Below, one piece after another: positions 13,528 through 27,340 of a stretch of DNA of 64,000 nt. Location of the stretch: NCBI RefSeq assembly GCF_006345805.1, contig NC_043002.1, positions 34,720,001 through 34,784,000 on the forward strand, written 5' to 3'. Source of the DNA: Octopus sinensis (taxonomy: Eukaryota). The position numbers and the translations under genes were made by a program. Position 1 is the first letter of the stretch. Each line of letters opens with the position of its first letter. The notes below the pieces were generated by a model. That model made no database searches. It was not told the DNA's origin and was given only the letters and a program-made list of their open reading frames with translations.

Positions 13528-16500
13528 TACATATGTATCCAATGAAGATTGTTTGACTAGCTAGAAATAGCAGCTAATTTTTTTTCACCTCATAGATTAT
13601 CACTTTAAGTGAAAAACAAATATTCTTTATATGTTAAAGAGTTAAAGGTTCATTTTATGCAAGTTTAAGTGACTTGAACAGAATTAGATGATTTTTACCC
13701 AAGGTATATGTTGCTCACCCCAGTTTAAACAGGATGGAATATCCACTGCTTATTCCAAAACAGCTGACTGGAGTCTTGTTACATAGATAAAAATGTTTCC
13801 AGAAGACAACTGAAAATTTATTTAAACTATTAGAATTTCATTTCCCAAATAAATTATAGTAAATATTTATTATCTTTGAAAAGGAATTATCTCTAAGACA
13901 TTAGCTGTAGAATTTTTATAAGAATTTTGTGCCAAACTTTACCAATACAAGATAAAACTAACCAGTAACAAAAACAATGACTTTATCAAATCTATCTGAT
14001 TACTTCAGATAATAGATTTATGACGATTATATTTCAAAAAGGGAGAGGAGAAAGGAGGGAGAGAAAATTAGACAACTGATGAGTTCATGTAAAATACAAA
14101 GAAAACAATTTTTTAAGATGTGTAAAAACTGATTGCAATATGTTGATTGAGGAAGTAGACTTGCAAAAATGTCTGGCTTTGGAGGCAGATTTCTTTGTCA
14201 TTTCCAATGCATAACAAACACAAATGACAAATTACTCTTCATCACAAAATTCTAACATACCATAACATCACTATTATCTTTGTCTTTTATCTAAAACATT
14301 CACTTGGGAGACAAAAGTGAACATGTACAAATTCTCAGAGATTATGCAGATGTAAATAAATCATTTTGATAAATATTCATACTGTGTCTGTGGTAATGTG
14401 ATGGCTTACTGGTTAGATATGTGGCCAACAACCAGAAACAGGCAAACTGAAGCTATGGCTTCATGATGCATCTATTGCAACAATAAGGGTAATTAAGGAA
14501 ATGATTTAAGATTCAGATTGATCTTTTACAACTTGCCTGCATTTACATGTCTGTACATGAACAATTTCTTGAATGTGTATTTTTTTATCATCTTTTAGTC
14601 AAGAGGGAAGGACAAACCCATGACCCTTTACAAGGTCTCCAGATGGAAACCTAGTCTGAATGCTTGCAACAAACTGGATTTTACTAGAATTATGTAAGGG
14701 TCAGGTGATGGTGTTAAACCAGATGATGGATTAAGGCTACCATCCAAGTATTATCTGAACTCAGAATGTAAAGTGCTGGATCAACTATTGTAAGGCATCT
14801 CTTCTAATGTTCTAAGGTTTCTGTTGATCCATCACCCTTGACAGGTAAAAATGAAAGACTAAGTTGGTCTCACTGGGAACTGAACTCAGAATGCTATGTG
14901 CCAGAATAAATACAAGGTATTTTGAGTGATGCTCAAGTAGCTCAGCCAATTTGTTGCCTTGAAACCAATAAACTTTAAATTAAAAATGGTGGCGGTGGCA
15001 GTGGCAGCAGTAGTAGTAGTAGTAGTAAAGAATATATCCTTCATGATTTGAAGCTATGTCATATTTAATCCCTGAGGTAATTAATATTTGGCTATTACTT
15101 ATCACTTAAGTAACAAACCAACAACCAAACTATGCAACAGTACATTATAATGATAAAAGGTCTCAATTTTCCTGCAAAGTAAAATAAACAGATTAAGAAT
15201 TACTGATATATTTCTAATTATAAAGAAATTACCAGATAGTTTTCTTCTGAAGAGGCAAAAAAACCCCACATGTGTAAACTTAATTTTAAAAGAAAGTTTA
15301 GCCTGACACTTTAGAAGTTAACTTTTTTGAAGCATCAAATGATGTTTTTTTTTTCAGTGATACTTCAAAGAAAGTGCAAAGGACAAAATATATGATTAAT
15401 TTACAATATTTTTTATTCAAATCGTTAGTGGCTGATTGAAAGCAGTCACTTCCCTGTACATCTGACATGTCTCACTTCAGAAATAGAATAGTTCTTACAA
15501 AAGGATAATGCAGTAGTTGGCGAGAGGCCATATGTTAGTGCTGTATACATATAGACAAAGCTTATAGCTTCCTACAAAAACTAAACCATCTAATGTTTAA
15601 CTTTCTACCATGATGGAAGTGAAGTGGGTGGGCAACTGCACAACACTGTTACCTACCTGCCATATAATTCACAGGCTTTTTCTTGGGCAGCATCAAACTA
15701 GACTGAAGGCAAAATAAAGAAAACTTTGAAAGGATATACAAATTAATGTTGATTGGTTGATCTGCAGCCTATTTCATTTTGCTTTTACAGACCCTCATCA
15801 GGAGACTATATATCTTTCATTCGGTTGCAATATTTGAATTAATATTTGAGTGAGATACCTCAAATGAAAATATAGAAAAATGACCAAAGATGGAATGAAG
15901 GAAGATATATAAGATGTTTTGGGGGTTCAGAGAACAAGTTTATTGGAATCATACAATCAAGTAAAATAAAAAGAAGAATTTACATATTTCAACTAATTTC
16001 AAAAATAATGAAGTATTTAGTGAAACAGTTTAGTTTAAGCTGATGTTTGACACAAATTCACATAAAAATTTAAAGGGAAATTTTAAGTTAGATCATTTCA
16101 AAATGGGAAGTTTGTACCATAGAACCAGGGAGAATCCTCAGGTAGCTTGATATCAAAAGTGTTAAAGTTGTATTGATTCAGTGAAGGTTGGATTGTATTA
16201 AACAGGCAGACACTAGTTTACATCAACAAAGTTTGATACTTTAAAAAAAATGATAATACAGCTATCAGATTGGGGTGATTACTTCTGACAAGAGGATTGG
16301 TAACCAAGGAGTAAAAATAATTTGTTATCAAGTAGAAGAAGAAGGGGCTATGAGGAGGTGCTTCTGGGGGTGGGGATAACCTGACAACAATGATAATGAT
16401 GGTAGTTGATCAACCCATTCCTGTCAGCCAGAAAATCTTGAAGCACTTTTTAAAAAAACAGATGAAATAGTTTGGCTAATGATAAATATTAATTATATAA

Positions 16501-17144
16501 TAATTGCAATGTTATTATTTTCACATTCTTACAGTAAAATAATTATGAATTATCCAACTTATTTTGGAAAATAACTCCTGGAATTAGATAACGAATAGAA
16601 TATAAATATAAACATCCAAACAAATGTCTGGATGTTTTAGAATGTTTCTAAAATCATGTGTAAATGTATTAGAAATTATGAGAAAATAATCTCAAGTATT
16701 TCTTCCGCTTCAGCCTTTCTTCCTTTCTCAAACCCACTTCATCAAACTAACTTTGAACCAGACTTCACTATCTACAGAGCATTTCCTAAATTTATCCCTG
16801 TCAAGGACTCAAAACCACAAAGCAGAATATAAAAAGAGTAATAGGTTTATTTATGTCCTACACTAAATAACCTAGCATTGCTATGAAGGCCTAAGATAAG
16901 AAAACACAGTCTATGTTGATAAACACTGACAGAAAGGTATTTGCACTTCATACTAAAAAGTGATTTTGAAATACCTCTACTATAAATCCTATTAAAGATA
17001 AGAGCTTATCTTTGATGAAAAATTCATTGATAGATTAATTGATAGAACAAAGTTAAATAAGTAGAAACCACTTTCAGTCAAAAGTAATAAATAATAAATA
17101 TTTTTAAAAAATCACAAAATACTAAATCACTGGAAATAATAAGT

Positions 17145-17400
17145 TGGTATATAATAGTGTCTCGAGGACATAAATTGGTATGTGTTGTATTTGGAGAATA
17201 AAAAAGAGATATGTAATGGTGTCAAAAGGACATAAATAGGTGAATGACAGTAACTGGTGCACATTAATTAGACATAAGTGATGATATGAAGGACATCATA
17301 ATAAGTGCGATCATGTCTGGAGGACATAAACTAGAAGTATGTAATGGTGTCTGGAGGATATAATACAGAGGTCTGTTGTGGTATCTGAATTAAATAAATA
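17145..17400. repeat. Degenerate minisatellite, unit about tatgtaatggtgtctggaggacataaa
   Basis: Repeated gtgtct..aggacataaa motifs. Confidence 0.65.
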
Positions 17401-17671
17401 TAGTAATAGATTAGATAGTCAAACTGAAGTACCACTAACAGTACACCCACGACTCCCAAATTTATAAGACTAACCTGAAATAGCTAAGAACATAGATAAA
17501 AGGAAAATATTACACTTTAAGATATCTGACCTGATGAGATGGTTGGAGAACATTGCAATGAACAGTGCCAGTTCATTTGAAAGTTAGTGGAACCTAAACT
17601 TTAGCTTCCTTACTTGTCAAGACAGTAATATTAATTAACTCTGAATGTATTTTCCTAATCATTACAATTAA

Positions 17672-17892
17672 CCCTTTCGTTACCAACCCGGCTGAAACCG
17701 GCTCTGGCTCTTTAGTACAAATGTCTGGTTTTCAAAAGTTCTGAATTAAAACCTTCCACCAAACCTTAGTTACAATTTATGTCCCTAACTCTAGCTTAAT
17801 GATAACGATGTTATTTTACTTAATTCTTTGTTATATTTAACATAACTGGAAGAAACACTGAGCATCTCAAAATAAATTCAGTAACGAAAGGG
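17672..17892 (+). mobile_element. piggyBac-type MITE, family P1 copy 1
   Basis: TTAA|CCCTTTCGTTAC...GTAACGAAAGGG|TTAA: perfect 12-bp TIR and TTAA TSD. Confidence 0.9.
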
Positions 17893-17989
17893 TTAACCCT
17901 ACTATGGATGTTTCAGCTGTTGAAAACATTAAAAATATTAATTCTTCATGTCACTGTTAGCAAGTTAGTATGTGTGTTTGCTCTGTCTG

Positions 17990-18255
17990 TTTGCCACTGC
18001 TCATGCTTGGATCAAAAGCTGGGGCCCAAAATCAAAATGTTTGAAGAGACACAATGAGGAATGCACGTGCCATGTTCCAGAGCCATTTTGAGGTCATGGT
18101 GGAAGCTGAGGGTGGCTACTTTGAGTAAACTATTATCTTCCAGCTACAACCTAGTTGATACTTTTTGATTTTTGAAAATACTTTTATTTTTGGATGGGAT
18201 ATTGTTTTCTTTTCCATTCATGCAAATTGTGAAATTTAGCTTGAATATCCTATAC
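17990..18255 (+). mobile_element. Tc1/mariner transposase C-terminal remnant and right end
   Basis: About 18057-18128 translates RNARAMFQSHFEVMVEAEGGYFE*, matching the AC.RFR.RLEA.VEA.GGYFE* ending of Tc1/mariner-family transposases. Confidence 0.6.
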
Positions 18256-20502
18256 AATAAAACAATGGACAAGTTCTGTCAAGGAGTCTGACTACGTGTA
18301 TCCTTTTCTGAGATTAGCCAAAATTAACCTATATTTAAACTACATCTGTTATTTCACTCACACTATTTGTTCATTTAGCTATGATTACACTTCGGCCATA
18401 ACTACATCAAGTGTTGCATGCAATAACTAAGTTACAGTAGTAACTATTGATGATCAACTAAAAAGGACTGCAGTATAATGTTAGCTATATATATGAGTTT
18501 ATAATATAATATAAAAACAGTCTATATTATGCAAATACTAGATTAATAAAGACAGAGTTATTTTATATTAAAACAAACGAACAGAATATTTCATTGAAAC
18601 AATGATCACAAAAGGGCTAAAATTACACACACATACAGAGCAAAAATGAATGCTTCAATTCTGAATTAACTAAGTTTTAGAGGTCTGCACTTCAAACTCC
18701 TGTAAGTACTGTGTTTGGTCACAAAGGTAAGGATTACAATTCGACAAAAAAAAAAAAAAGTTTTATAAATGCAGATATTATCAAAATACTATTTATTTCC
18801 AAAGCAGTTATGTAAAAGAATTTTATGGTACGTGTAAATTGTAAAACAATATTCTTTTATTCAAATCATTTACTGTTAAATTGAATGCAAAAAAATAAAG
18901 TTTGGTAAATTTAAATAATTGAATTTCAAGTATAAACCCTTTAGTAGGAAATTCTTTAGTGGGACATAATATTAGAAATCTAAGTGAGAATTTGTAGACT
19001 AAAGAAAGATAAAGGCATCATAAAAAAAATGAAAGATCTAGTTAACTATCTGACAAGATCTACAAAATAGACAAGAAGCCATAACAAGAGCATTTGTAGG
19101 AAAAAATTAGCATGTATAAATAAAATTGAATATAAAATATATCTAGAACAAGAAGAATCCTCAAACTTGAGGAATTGGATTTCTATAATAATGTACAGGA
19201 ACATTAGCAACTGTTGGTATATAAAAATGTCCTCCACCTTCCCTCTCTTTCTTTCTCCAACACACACACACACACACACACATGCATACAAACACACCTG
19301 GCTTTGTCAGACTGAATCTGCATAGAAGCTAATAAAAAAAAAATATTTGTTATTGGCTTACTTCCACCTGAAAACTAGGAGTAACTTGAGAACAATAGTT
19401 CCACCAAATTTACTGGCATTATATATATACAAATATGGCAAATGTCTAAAGTCAAGGAATTTTTTACATTTGCCAATAGTGCCAAGCAGGTAATTGGAAA
19501 AAATATATGAACATTAACATAAATTCTTCCTGGTATAAAATTGCTAAAGGGTTAAAAATATAATGGATTCTTGTAAAAAAATATAATTTGAAATGCCAAT
19601 TTCCAAACTAAGTAAAACCCAGTAATTTTCTTTTTAAAATGTTTTTAAAGTGAAAAGAACTGTTAAAATTGAAAGTAGATTATAAAAGGATTCTCTAGAC
19701 CAATTCAATAAGACTACATTTGAACAACCAGAAAAGAGTTAAGTAGGTGTTTGACATGCTAGAAATAGTAGTCAAATCTCTCTTAAATTACACCCTATCA
19801 TCTGGGGAAAAGGGTCAGTCCTAGATACCATTGAAAAAACAAAGTACTCTTGACTAGAATGCTCTTGGTCTTGGGTCTACTCAGTCACAATTAACCTAGA
19901 GTTAAACATCTAAAGGGTGAAATATAAAAGAAATGGTCAAAACATTGATTGCCATGCCTCAACAGTGGAAAATTTACAGTGTTCATAACCAGCAACAAGA
20001 AATAGGTGTTAATTGGACAACAGACAAATGCAAGTAGGAATGGTTAGCATTTTGAATTTCAAAACTATAATTAAAATCTATAATTTTGGACAAGAATTTA
20101 AGTTTTGTTCCAAGATATCTAGAAAAAAAAAAGTCAACCAAAGGCTCCAGCACACTTCTTTCTCTTACTAACCCTGCATGTGTGTATGTGAATTTAGTAG
20201 GTGGAAACTGCAGGAAGCCTATAGTGTATGTATGCATGAATGTTGAAATTTGATGCTTGTCACTGCCTGACAAAGATCATAATCATGTTGATATCCCTTG
20301 ATAACTGGTTGCTCAGTGCTTTCAAAGACCTATGAAATAAAAGAGCCCTTGCTTGAAAAGCAGATACAGGTTAGTGATAAGAAGACATCCAGTTGTAAAA
20401 TGCTGCCTCACATAACTCCCCACTTAACTCAGACTGGCATGGAAAATCAGTCATTAAACAAGCAAATGAATATATATGACATACATTCAACATTTCATTT
20501 AA

Positions 20503-20697
20503 TCCTTTAGTATCTAAGCCAGCCACATCCAGCTCAAGTATTCAACCTGTTTTATGTTAAAATTGACCAGGTTCAGCTTCTTACACCTACCCCTCATTGT
20601 CACTCAAAAAATAAGCTACAAGATAATGCATGATTAATTCAAAACAATGTGAATAAATAAGCATTACATTTCACTGAGTAATCTGAATGCTTAAGAA
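20503..20697. mobile_element. piggyBac-type MITE, family P3 (degenerate)
   Basis: TTAA|tcctttag...tgcttaagaa|TTAA. Interior is homologous to 45012-45185 and, inverted, to 62463-62533. Confidence 0.65.
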
Positions 20698-21621
20698 TTA
20701 AACCAAATATCTAAAAGCTATACACTCACTAGTCTCTATGCACAGCTACAATGAACTGTTATTGTATATTTATTTGCATCTAATGAAGCGGTTATTGTAC
20801 ATTCATATAGCATGAAATTTCAATCATAGAACTTATTTGGTCTATTTCTTCACATTAATTGCTACAACTTAAACTAAGAATTAAATAATGCTAAGCTGAC
20901 GTTCTACTCAGAGCTTAGCTACAGATATTTCAATTGAAGAAAGAATCAGGACCTTTACAAAATATTACCAAGCATTGGCCAAAAATCATTAATCTTTCAA
21001 GCAGCAGTTCTAAAAATCTTTCAAAATTTACCTAATGAGAGGGAGAGAGAGTAAAGATAAATGGTTTAAACAAAAAAAAAAAAAAACCCATCCTGTTTAG
21101 TAAATCTGTTTTTGCTGTTGATTGTATTATACATGCAGTAGAGACCATACAAAGTTGCCATAATTCAAAGTAGATGATGTAACAATGAAATGGATCAGGA
21201 AATGGTTAACATTGAAAATATTCTAATTATCCATGCAGTCCAACAATTCTGGCACAGGAAAACTGATTCTAAACTGGAAATGATATTCCAAAGATAGTAT
21301 GGAATCATAAATAATTGGTTTGAAATGTTTTCTGGAAGGATGAGAAAAAATAATACCAAAACATCTTGCTTTCTTTTCTTTAATGAAAAATTCAATTAAA
21401 TGTCACTAGAAACAACATGCTTTTTTCAATATTTATCTTAAAATAATAGAAAATAAAAAAAATTTATAATTTAGCAACATTAATAAATTTTAATAAAATC
21501 ACAACAATATATAAATGATAACAAGTGGCATAAAAATAAAGGAAAGAAATATTTTAGAGCAAAATGGAAGAAATGCATGAGTTTATATGGAAGCAAATGA
21601 AAAAAAAAGGAGAAACACTAA

Positions 21622-22079
21622 TATGAAATTTTATTGTATCTTGGAAGGGTCATTAAGCTAATAATAAGCACATGCAATGGTTCCACTTCACTTCTTTTAT
21701 TATTATTATTTGTCAACGTGTCAGCCATTTAGCCAATTAACTAATTGATTGCTTGATTAATCATTAAGTTAATCAATCAATCAACTTGGTTCATCAGAAT
21801 CCTTTTATTATTTGTGGCCTCATCAACAACATGTCCTCTCTACTCTACCTGGAGCAGACCGGAAGTAGAGTGCGGCTTCTCACTGATGAAACCACAAATG
21901 GTAACGAAAGAACTCTGATGAACCTAGCTGATTGATTGATTAACAGAACAATTAATCAAACCACCGATTAGTTAATTGGTAACATGGTTGACTAGCTTAT
22001 TAATAATAATGAAGTGTAACAAAACCTGTGCGTGTTTACTATTTGCTTAATGACCCTCACAAGATACAATAATTCATGT
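21622..22079. mobile_element. Long foldback element (about 200-bp inverted arms), MITE-like
   Basis: 21631-21658 vs reverse complement of 22045-22072: 26/28. 21769-21805 vs reverse complement of 21907-21943: 33/37. Apex stem actctac/gtagagt (21842-21848 / 21865-21871). Confidence 0.85.
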
Positions 22080-22534
22080 AAAGAATTTTACAAACCTAAA
22101 AGACCTAATGTGAAATATATTCCAAATGGAACCACTATTAGAAGAAAAGACAACACATTGTAAGCAATTTTTCACTACAGATTAAAGAACTATCAATGTC
22201 TCAAGATGATCAAATAGGTTTAAGCTATTATTATCAACACACTTTGCATTTACATTTGTTTTTTGCTTGTTTTCTGTATTATACTTTTCAATATCTTATG
22301 TCATAATCACCAGTGTTATACATTCTTCATCCAGCATGAGTTGAACAGGGTTGAGAGTTTTCTATCTTCTCAAAGTACCGTGTCCTTCAAGAGTTTGTAT
22401 ATGAGTAGGAATGTCATGTTCAAAAAAATCTGCCACAATAAGGAAAGCCACTAAAAAGCTTGCAGCAGAGAAGCAGGGTTTCTAAACCTACAATAGGTGT
22501 CATTAATAATATCAAGTTTATAATATACAAATAA

Positions 22535-22796
22535 ACGTGTTGGCATGTGTAAAAAGTTCAAGCGAGGTCGTTGCCAGTACCACCTGACTGGCACCCCCGT
22601 GACGGTGGCACGTAAAAGCACCTACTACACTCTCGGAGTGGTTGGCATTAGGAAGGGCATCCAGCTGTAGAAACTCTGCTAGATCACGACTGGAGCCTGG
22701 TGCAGCCATCTGGTTCGCCAGCCCACAGTCAAACCGTCCAACCCATGCTAGCATGGAAAACAGATGTTAAACGACGATGATGATGATCATCATCAA
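22535..22796 (+). mobile_element. Family B repeat (RTE 3'UTR-like / SINE) with (GAT)n tail
   Basis: ggagtggttggcattaggaagggcatccagctgtagaaac...acccatgctagcatgg...ttaaacgacgatgatgatg. Confidence 0.88.
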
Positions 22797-23142
22797 CTCT
22801 AATAACATATGTGAACTTTTAAAAATGGAAAAAAAAAAATACAATCAAAACTAACAGGAAAGAAAACTATTTAGAATCTAGTTTATCAATACAAAATATT
22901 TGTTACAATCATTTTATTTATTTCAATATTAATATTGATTAAAAGTACCATTATTACCAAAACCTTAACACAGTTCTGAAAAATACAGTTACTGATCAGT
23001 CTATTTTATATAAAAGGTGTCTTAGGTTAGTGGTTTCAGTTTCATAGACTTAATTAAGTCTCTGCCTATTTCTATAAGTAGGCCACTACAATGTTGTTGT
23101 CTATGAAATCATTTTAAAAAAAGATCAATATATTCCTACTAT

Positions 23143-23191
<49 letters not shown>

Positions 23192-23262
23192 CATACACAC
23201 ACATATACACGTTATTTTTATATATATATATATACACACACACACACGTTTTATATATATAT

Positions 23263-23630
23263 GTGGCTGTGTGGTAAGTAGCTTGCTTACTAACCACATG
23301 GTTCCAGGTTCAGTCCCACTGTGTGGCACCTTGGGCAAGTGTCTGCTACTATAGCTTCGGGCCGACCAAAGCCTTGTGAGTGGATATGGTAGACGGAAAC
23401 TGAAAGAAGCCTGTTGTATATGTGTGTGTGTGTGTATTTGTCCCCACAACATCGCTTGACAATCGATGCTGGTGTGTTTACATCCCCGTAACTTAGTGGT
23501 TCAGCAAAAAAAGACCGATAGAATAAGTACTAGGCTTACAAAGACTAAGTCCTGGGGTCGATTTGCTTGACTAAAGGCGGTGCTCCAGCATGGCCGCAGT
23601 CTAATGACTGAAACAAGTAAAAGAGTAAGA
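23263..23630 (+). mobile_element. SINE family A; tail plus microsatellite tandemly duplicated at about 23611-23766
   Basis: Aligns to 13078-13460. The block aaacaagtaaaagagtaagagagagtatat...acaacaataagt occurs twice. Confidence 0.9.
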
Positions 23631-24249
23631 GAGAGAGTATATACCCACACACACACACACCTATATATACATACAACAATAAGTAAAACAAGTAAAAGAG
23701 TAAGAGAGAGTATATATCCACACACACACACACACACCTATATATACATATACATACAACAATAAGTCATTATTAAAACCTACTAAATAATGACACAAGA
23801 ATAAAGTTAGTCTCAAACCAATGTAGCAAGTAATTCTATCTATATTAGCAGAACTAATAATCTGATATGTATATTATTGGTTGACAGCGTCATATACCAG
23901 TAAACACTTTTGTTCCTGTTGATAAACAAAAATTGTCACATAATGAGTGTTGACTAAGCAGATGAACAACTGATTAAATTAACCTAAATAATAACGCCGT
24001 CTGATATATCAGGAAGTTTGAAATATAAATGTTATAAATGAATATTTTAAAATTAAAATAATGCTTGAAAACATCTTTTTAATTCCTAATTCATCATTAT
24101 CATTTTTCAATATAAGCATGATTTGGACAGGTTTTCTATGTATTATCTCTACATGTATTTTTCTGTATTGTTCTGTTTATGAATTCTAGTGTTTTCATGT
24201 CTGACCAAGCTATCTCTTTCCATATCTTTCTAGGTTCTCATCAAGTTCT

Positions 24250-25354
24250 TTTATACTTTTACTTGTTTCAGTTATTTGACTGCGGCCATGCTGGAGTACC
24301 GACTTCAGTCGTACAAATCCACCCCAGGACTTATTCATTGTAAGCCTAGTACTTATTTTATCAGTCTCTTTTGCTGAATCACTAAGTTACGGGGACATGT
24401 AAACACATCACCATCGGTGTCAAGCGATGGTGGGGAAACAAACACAGACACACAAATACATACATACATTATTATTATTATTATTATGGCTGCCCCCTCG
24501 TTATCGAGTATGGCCATTGCACGAAGCTTAACTGTTACTGGTACTGTGATCGAATGTGACTTTTTAGCCCAGCTAAAGATCTACAATGTCTTGTACAAAA
24601 TTGGCAACTAAAACCTTTACTGGTAATAGCCAGCTGTAGTTGTAACTGGGCTTCATGTACCTTTTCATGTTGTTTAAGTCCTCCTGCCGAATTACACTCT
24701 CTTCCACATGCCCGACACATATGATTAGTATGGTGTGTTACACCACCACCAGTGGCCAAGATGTCACTCATCTGTCTCGTTTTATGACTACAAAGATGAC
24801 TCATGAGTCCAGCTTTACTGAGGCAGGGTCTTGCACAGACATTGCATGTCAGAATCAAAGAAGACCCTTCCCTTCTGGAAGTGTAACAGCGATGCCCTTC
24901 CTGACATCCCTCCTTACTTTCTCATGTGCAACTCAAGATTTCTCAAACGTGGCTGTCCCGTCATGCACAATCCTTCTCCACCTGCTACGATTAATAGCTA
25001 TGCCTTCCCATGTGTCAGGAGAGATGCAAGCATCTCTTAAGGAAACCTTCAGCAAGTCCTTATACCTCTTTTTTGGTTTATGTGGAGGTCGTTCTCCTTT
25101 AGCTAACTCTCCATACAAGAGTTGTTTTGGCATCCTTGAATTCTTCATTCTGACCAACTGACCATCCATCCATCCATACATACATACATATATGACAGGC
25201 TTCTTTCAGTTTCCATCTACCAGATCCTCTCATAGGGCTTTGGTTGACCCAAGGCTATAATAGAAGATGCTTGCCCAAGGAACCACGCAATGAGACTGAA
25301 CCAGGAACCATGTAGTTGGGAAGCAAACTTCTTACCACACAGCCACTCCTGTGC
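24250..25354 (-). mobile_element. SINE family A split by the RTE LINE (head 25176-25354, tail 24250-24469)
   Basis: The two halves are collinear and meet at the internal microsatellite, which carries the 14-bp TSD. Confidence 0.88.
24470..25175 (-). mobile_element. 5'-truncated RTE-clade LINE 3' end: post-RT C-terminal region, three C2H2 zinc fingers, 3' hairpin and (TAA)n tail
   Basis: 24933-25165 translates GQLVRMKNSRMPKQLLYGELAKGERPPHKPKKRYKDLLK...RSRWRRIVHDG, a typical RTE C-terminus. After one TGA and a frameshift come three C-x2-C-x12-H-x3-H/Q units (24535-24858). Tail ATA/TAA repeat at 24470-24487. Flanking direct repeat ATACATACATACAT at 24456-24469 and 25176-25189. Confidence 0.9.
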
Positions 25355-27340
25355 TATACTTTCCACATTTATTAGCATCTATAATCCCTTTACCACATAA
25401 ACCCATGTCATTCTAGCTATTTTTCCGCCATGTGTTAGTCAATGCTGACCAGTTTCTTTCTAAGCTTACACTTAACTTTTCATCTAAGTTTATATTGCAC
25501 CTCCAATAGACAATACTCCATTCTTCTCCAACTATTTCTTATCCAACATTTTCCTACACTTTGCATACTTAGCTTTTATCCTCAGTATTTTATGCTCAGT
25601 GTTTTCCACATAAAAAAAATCTGCTATTTCCAACAATAAAAGTAGTTCATTGAATTATTCTGCCCTTTATCCCCCATTACTGGTAGTAGTTTCATTGTTA
25701 TCCTGTACATTAAAAGTTATGCTTTCCAGCCAGCCAGCCAGCCATTTAAATATCAAACAAGCACCTTATTGTATTCCTATTATTTGATCTTACTATCCAA
25801 TTCTAAGTCACCATTTACTCCTTGGTTTTACAGGTCTCTTGTGATACTTGCTACAAATTAGTCTTGGACATATTCACATTCAGGGGTTTTTTTTTCCATT
25901 TCTTTTCATTCAAACCTAATCTATCACAGCTTAAATTTTCTCTGCACTTTTTAACACTTTGCAATGAAATTTATTGTCAGTACAGAGACGTTCTTGTGGC
26001 TATCCAGCTCTAAAGTTGTACATATTTACCTCAAGATCTAAGACGAAGAGTAGAAACTTAAAGGTAGAACATAAGTGAACATGTACTTGTATACTAAATT
26101 CCTCATTCAGTTCAAAACCAATGGCATAAACTACTCAATCACATATAAATATTTTTTATTAGCCCAGCAGACTACATAGATTATTCTCTCAGGTACTCTA
26201 TAGACTGTCAAATGCGATGTTAAACAATCTATTACTTGTACATCTATGAATCCATTCACTAACACAAACACATTTATCCTGCATCAACTAAACTATTATG
26301 ATTTTTATCACTTTTATAGCATTAACTTGAATTTTCCCTTATTTATTTTCTCTAACATGTTAATTTTATTTAGGCAATGCTGAGCCATAGTTCTTCCAGA
26401 TAATACAGATTGGTGAATTGAATATTTTTATGTAATCAGATATAGTGTTGACATCAAATTGATGTCATTAATACCTAATCTCACATAGGACATGTGCTGA
26501 ATATACGCTTATTTTCATGTAACAATGCAGGGGACAACTTAATTCATACTTGATAAATCATGAAATAATTATACATAACCTCAAAATTTGACATGCTTGA
26601 AATAGCTGACAAATTTTCTTCAAATGTCTTAAATAAGGTCCTGATATGGAGAAAAATGAGAAGAATGTGATGGGAACTTCTTTGATCATAGGTCTGCTCA
26701 GCCAGAACTGACCTAGGGCTAAACAACATGTAACACAGTATTTTGCAATATAATCTATATAATTATTTTAGCTTCAGTTAATTTGGGAACATAGTGTATA
26801 CTATTCTTATTTTTCCACAAATTTTTATAATAAAGATGTGTAACACAAAGGAATAGATTAGTTATCCTAATTATACAACTTATATTCATTGTGGGTTGGG
26901 GTGACAATTATTCTGGTGACTGTGCAATAAGTGATTCTTAAAAATTAATTCTCAACTTCAATGTCGTCTTAGAGATAATTTTACTCTCTTTGCAATCAAC
27001 TGTCAGCCATTTTGCTATATGATCAAATAATCATTTCCAGATATCCTTATTAAATGCAGTAAAAATTTCTTTGCTAAAGGAACGACATGCATCACACATG
27101 TCCAAGGCATCCCATCTGCAGATGACCTCTTGGTCTTCAACCACATAATACAACAATCATGATTAGTCAATTGTATTATCAGGGTCATCATACTCCTGTT
27201 ACAATGCCGCTGATTGGTTAAACATGACTTCTACTAAAATGCAAAAAGCAAGAAACAGAATTTTTTTTTTTTTCTTTAAATAGTTGATGTGCAACTTTCA
27301 ACACTGGGGACAATCAGTTTTACGAGATATATATATATCT

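Noticed and set aside
11554-13532. Several 65-150 aa ORFs rich in Y/I/C/V/H/T
   Set aside because: Products of (TA)n/(CA)n microsatellites and SINE sequence.
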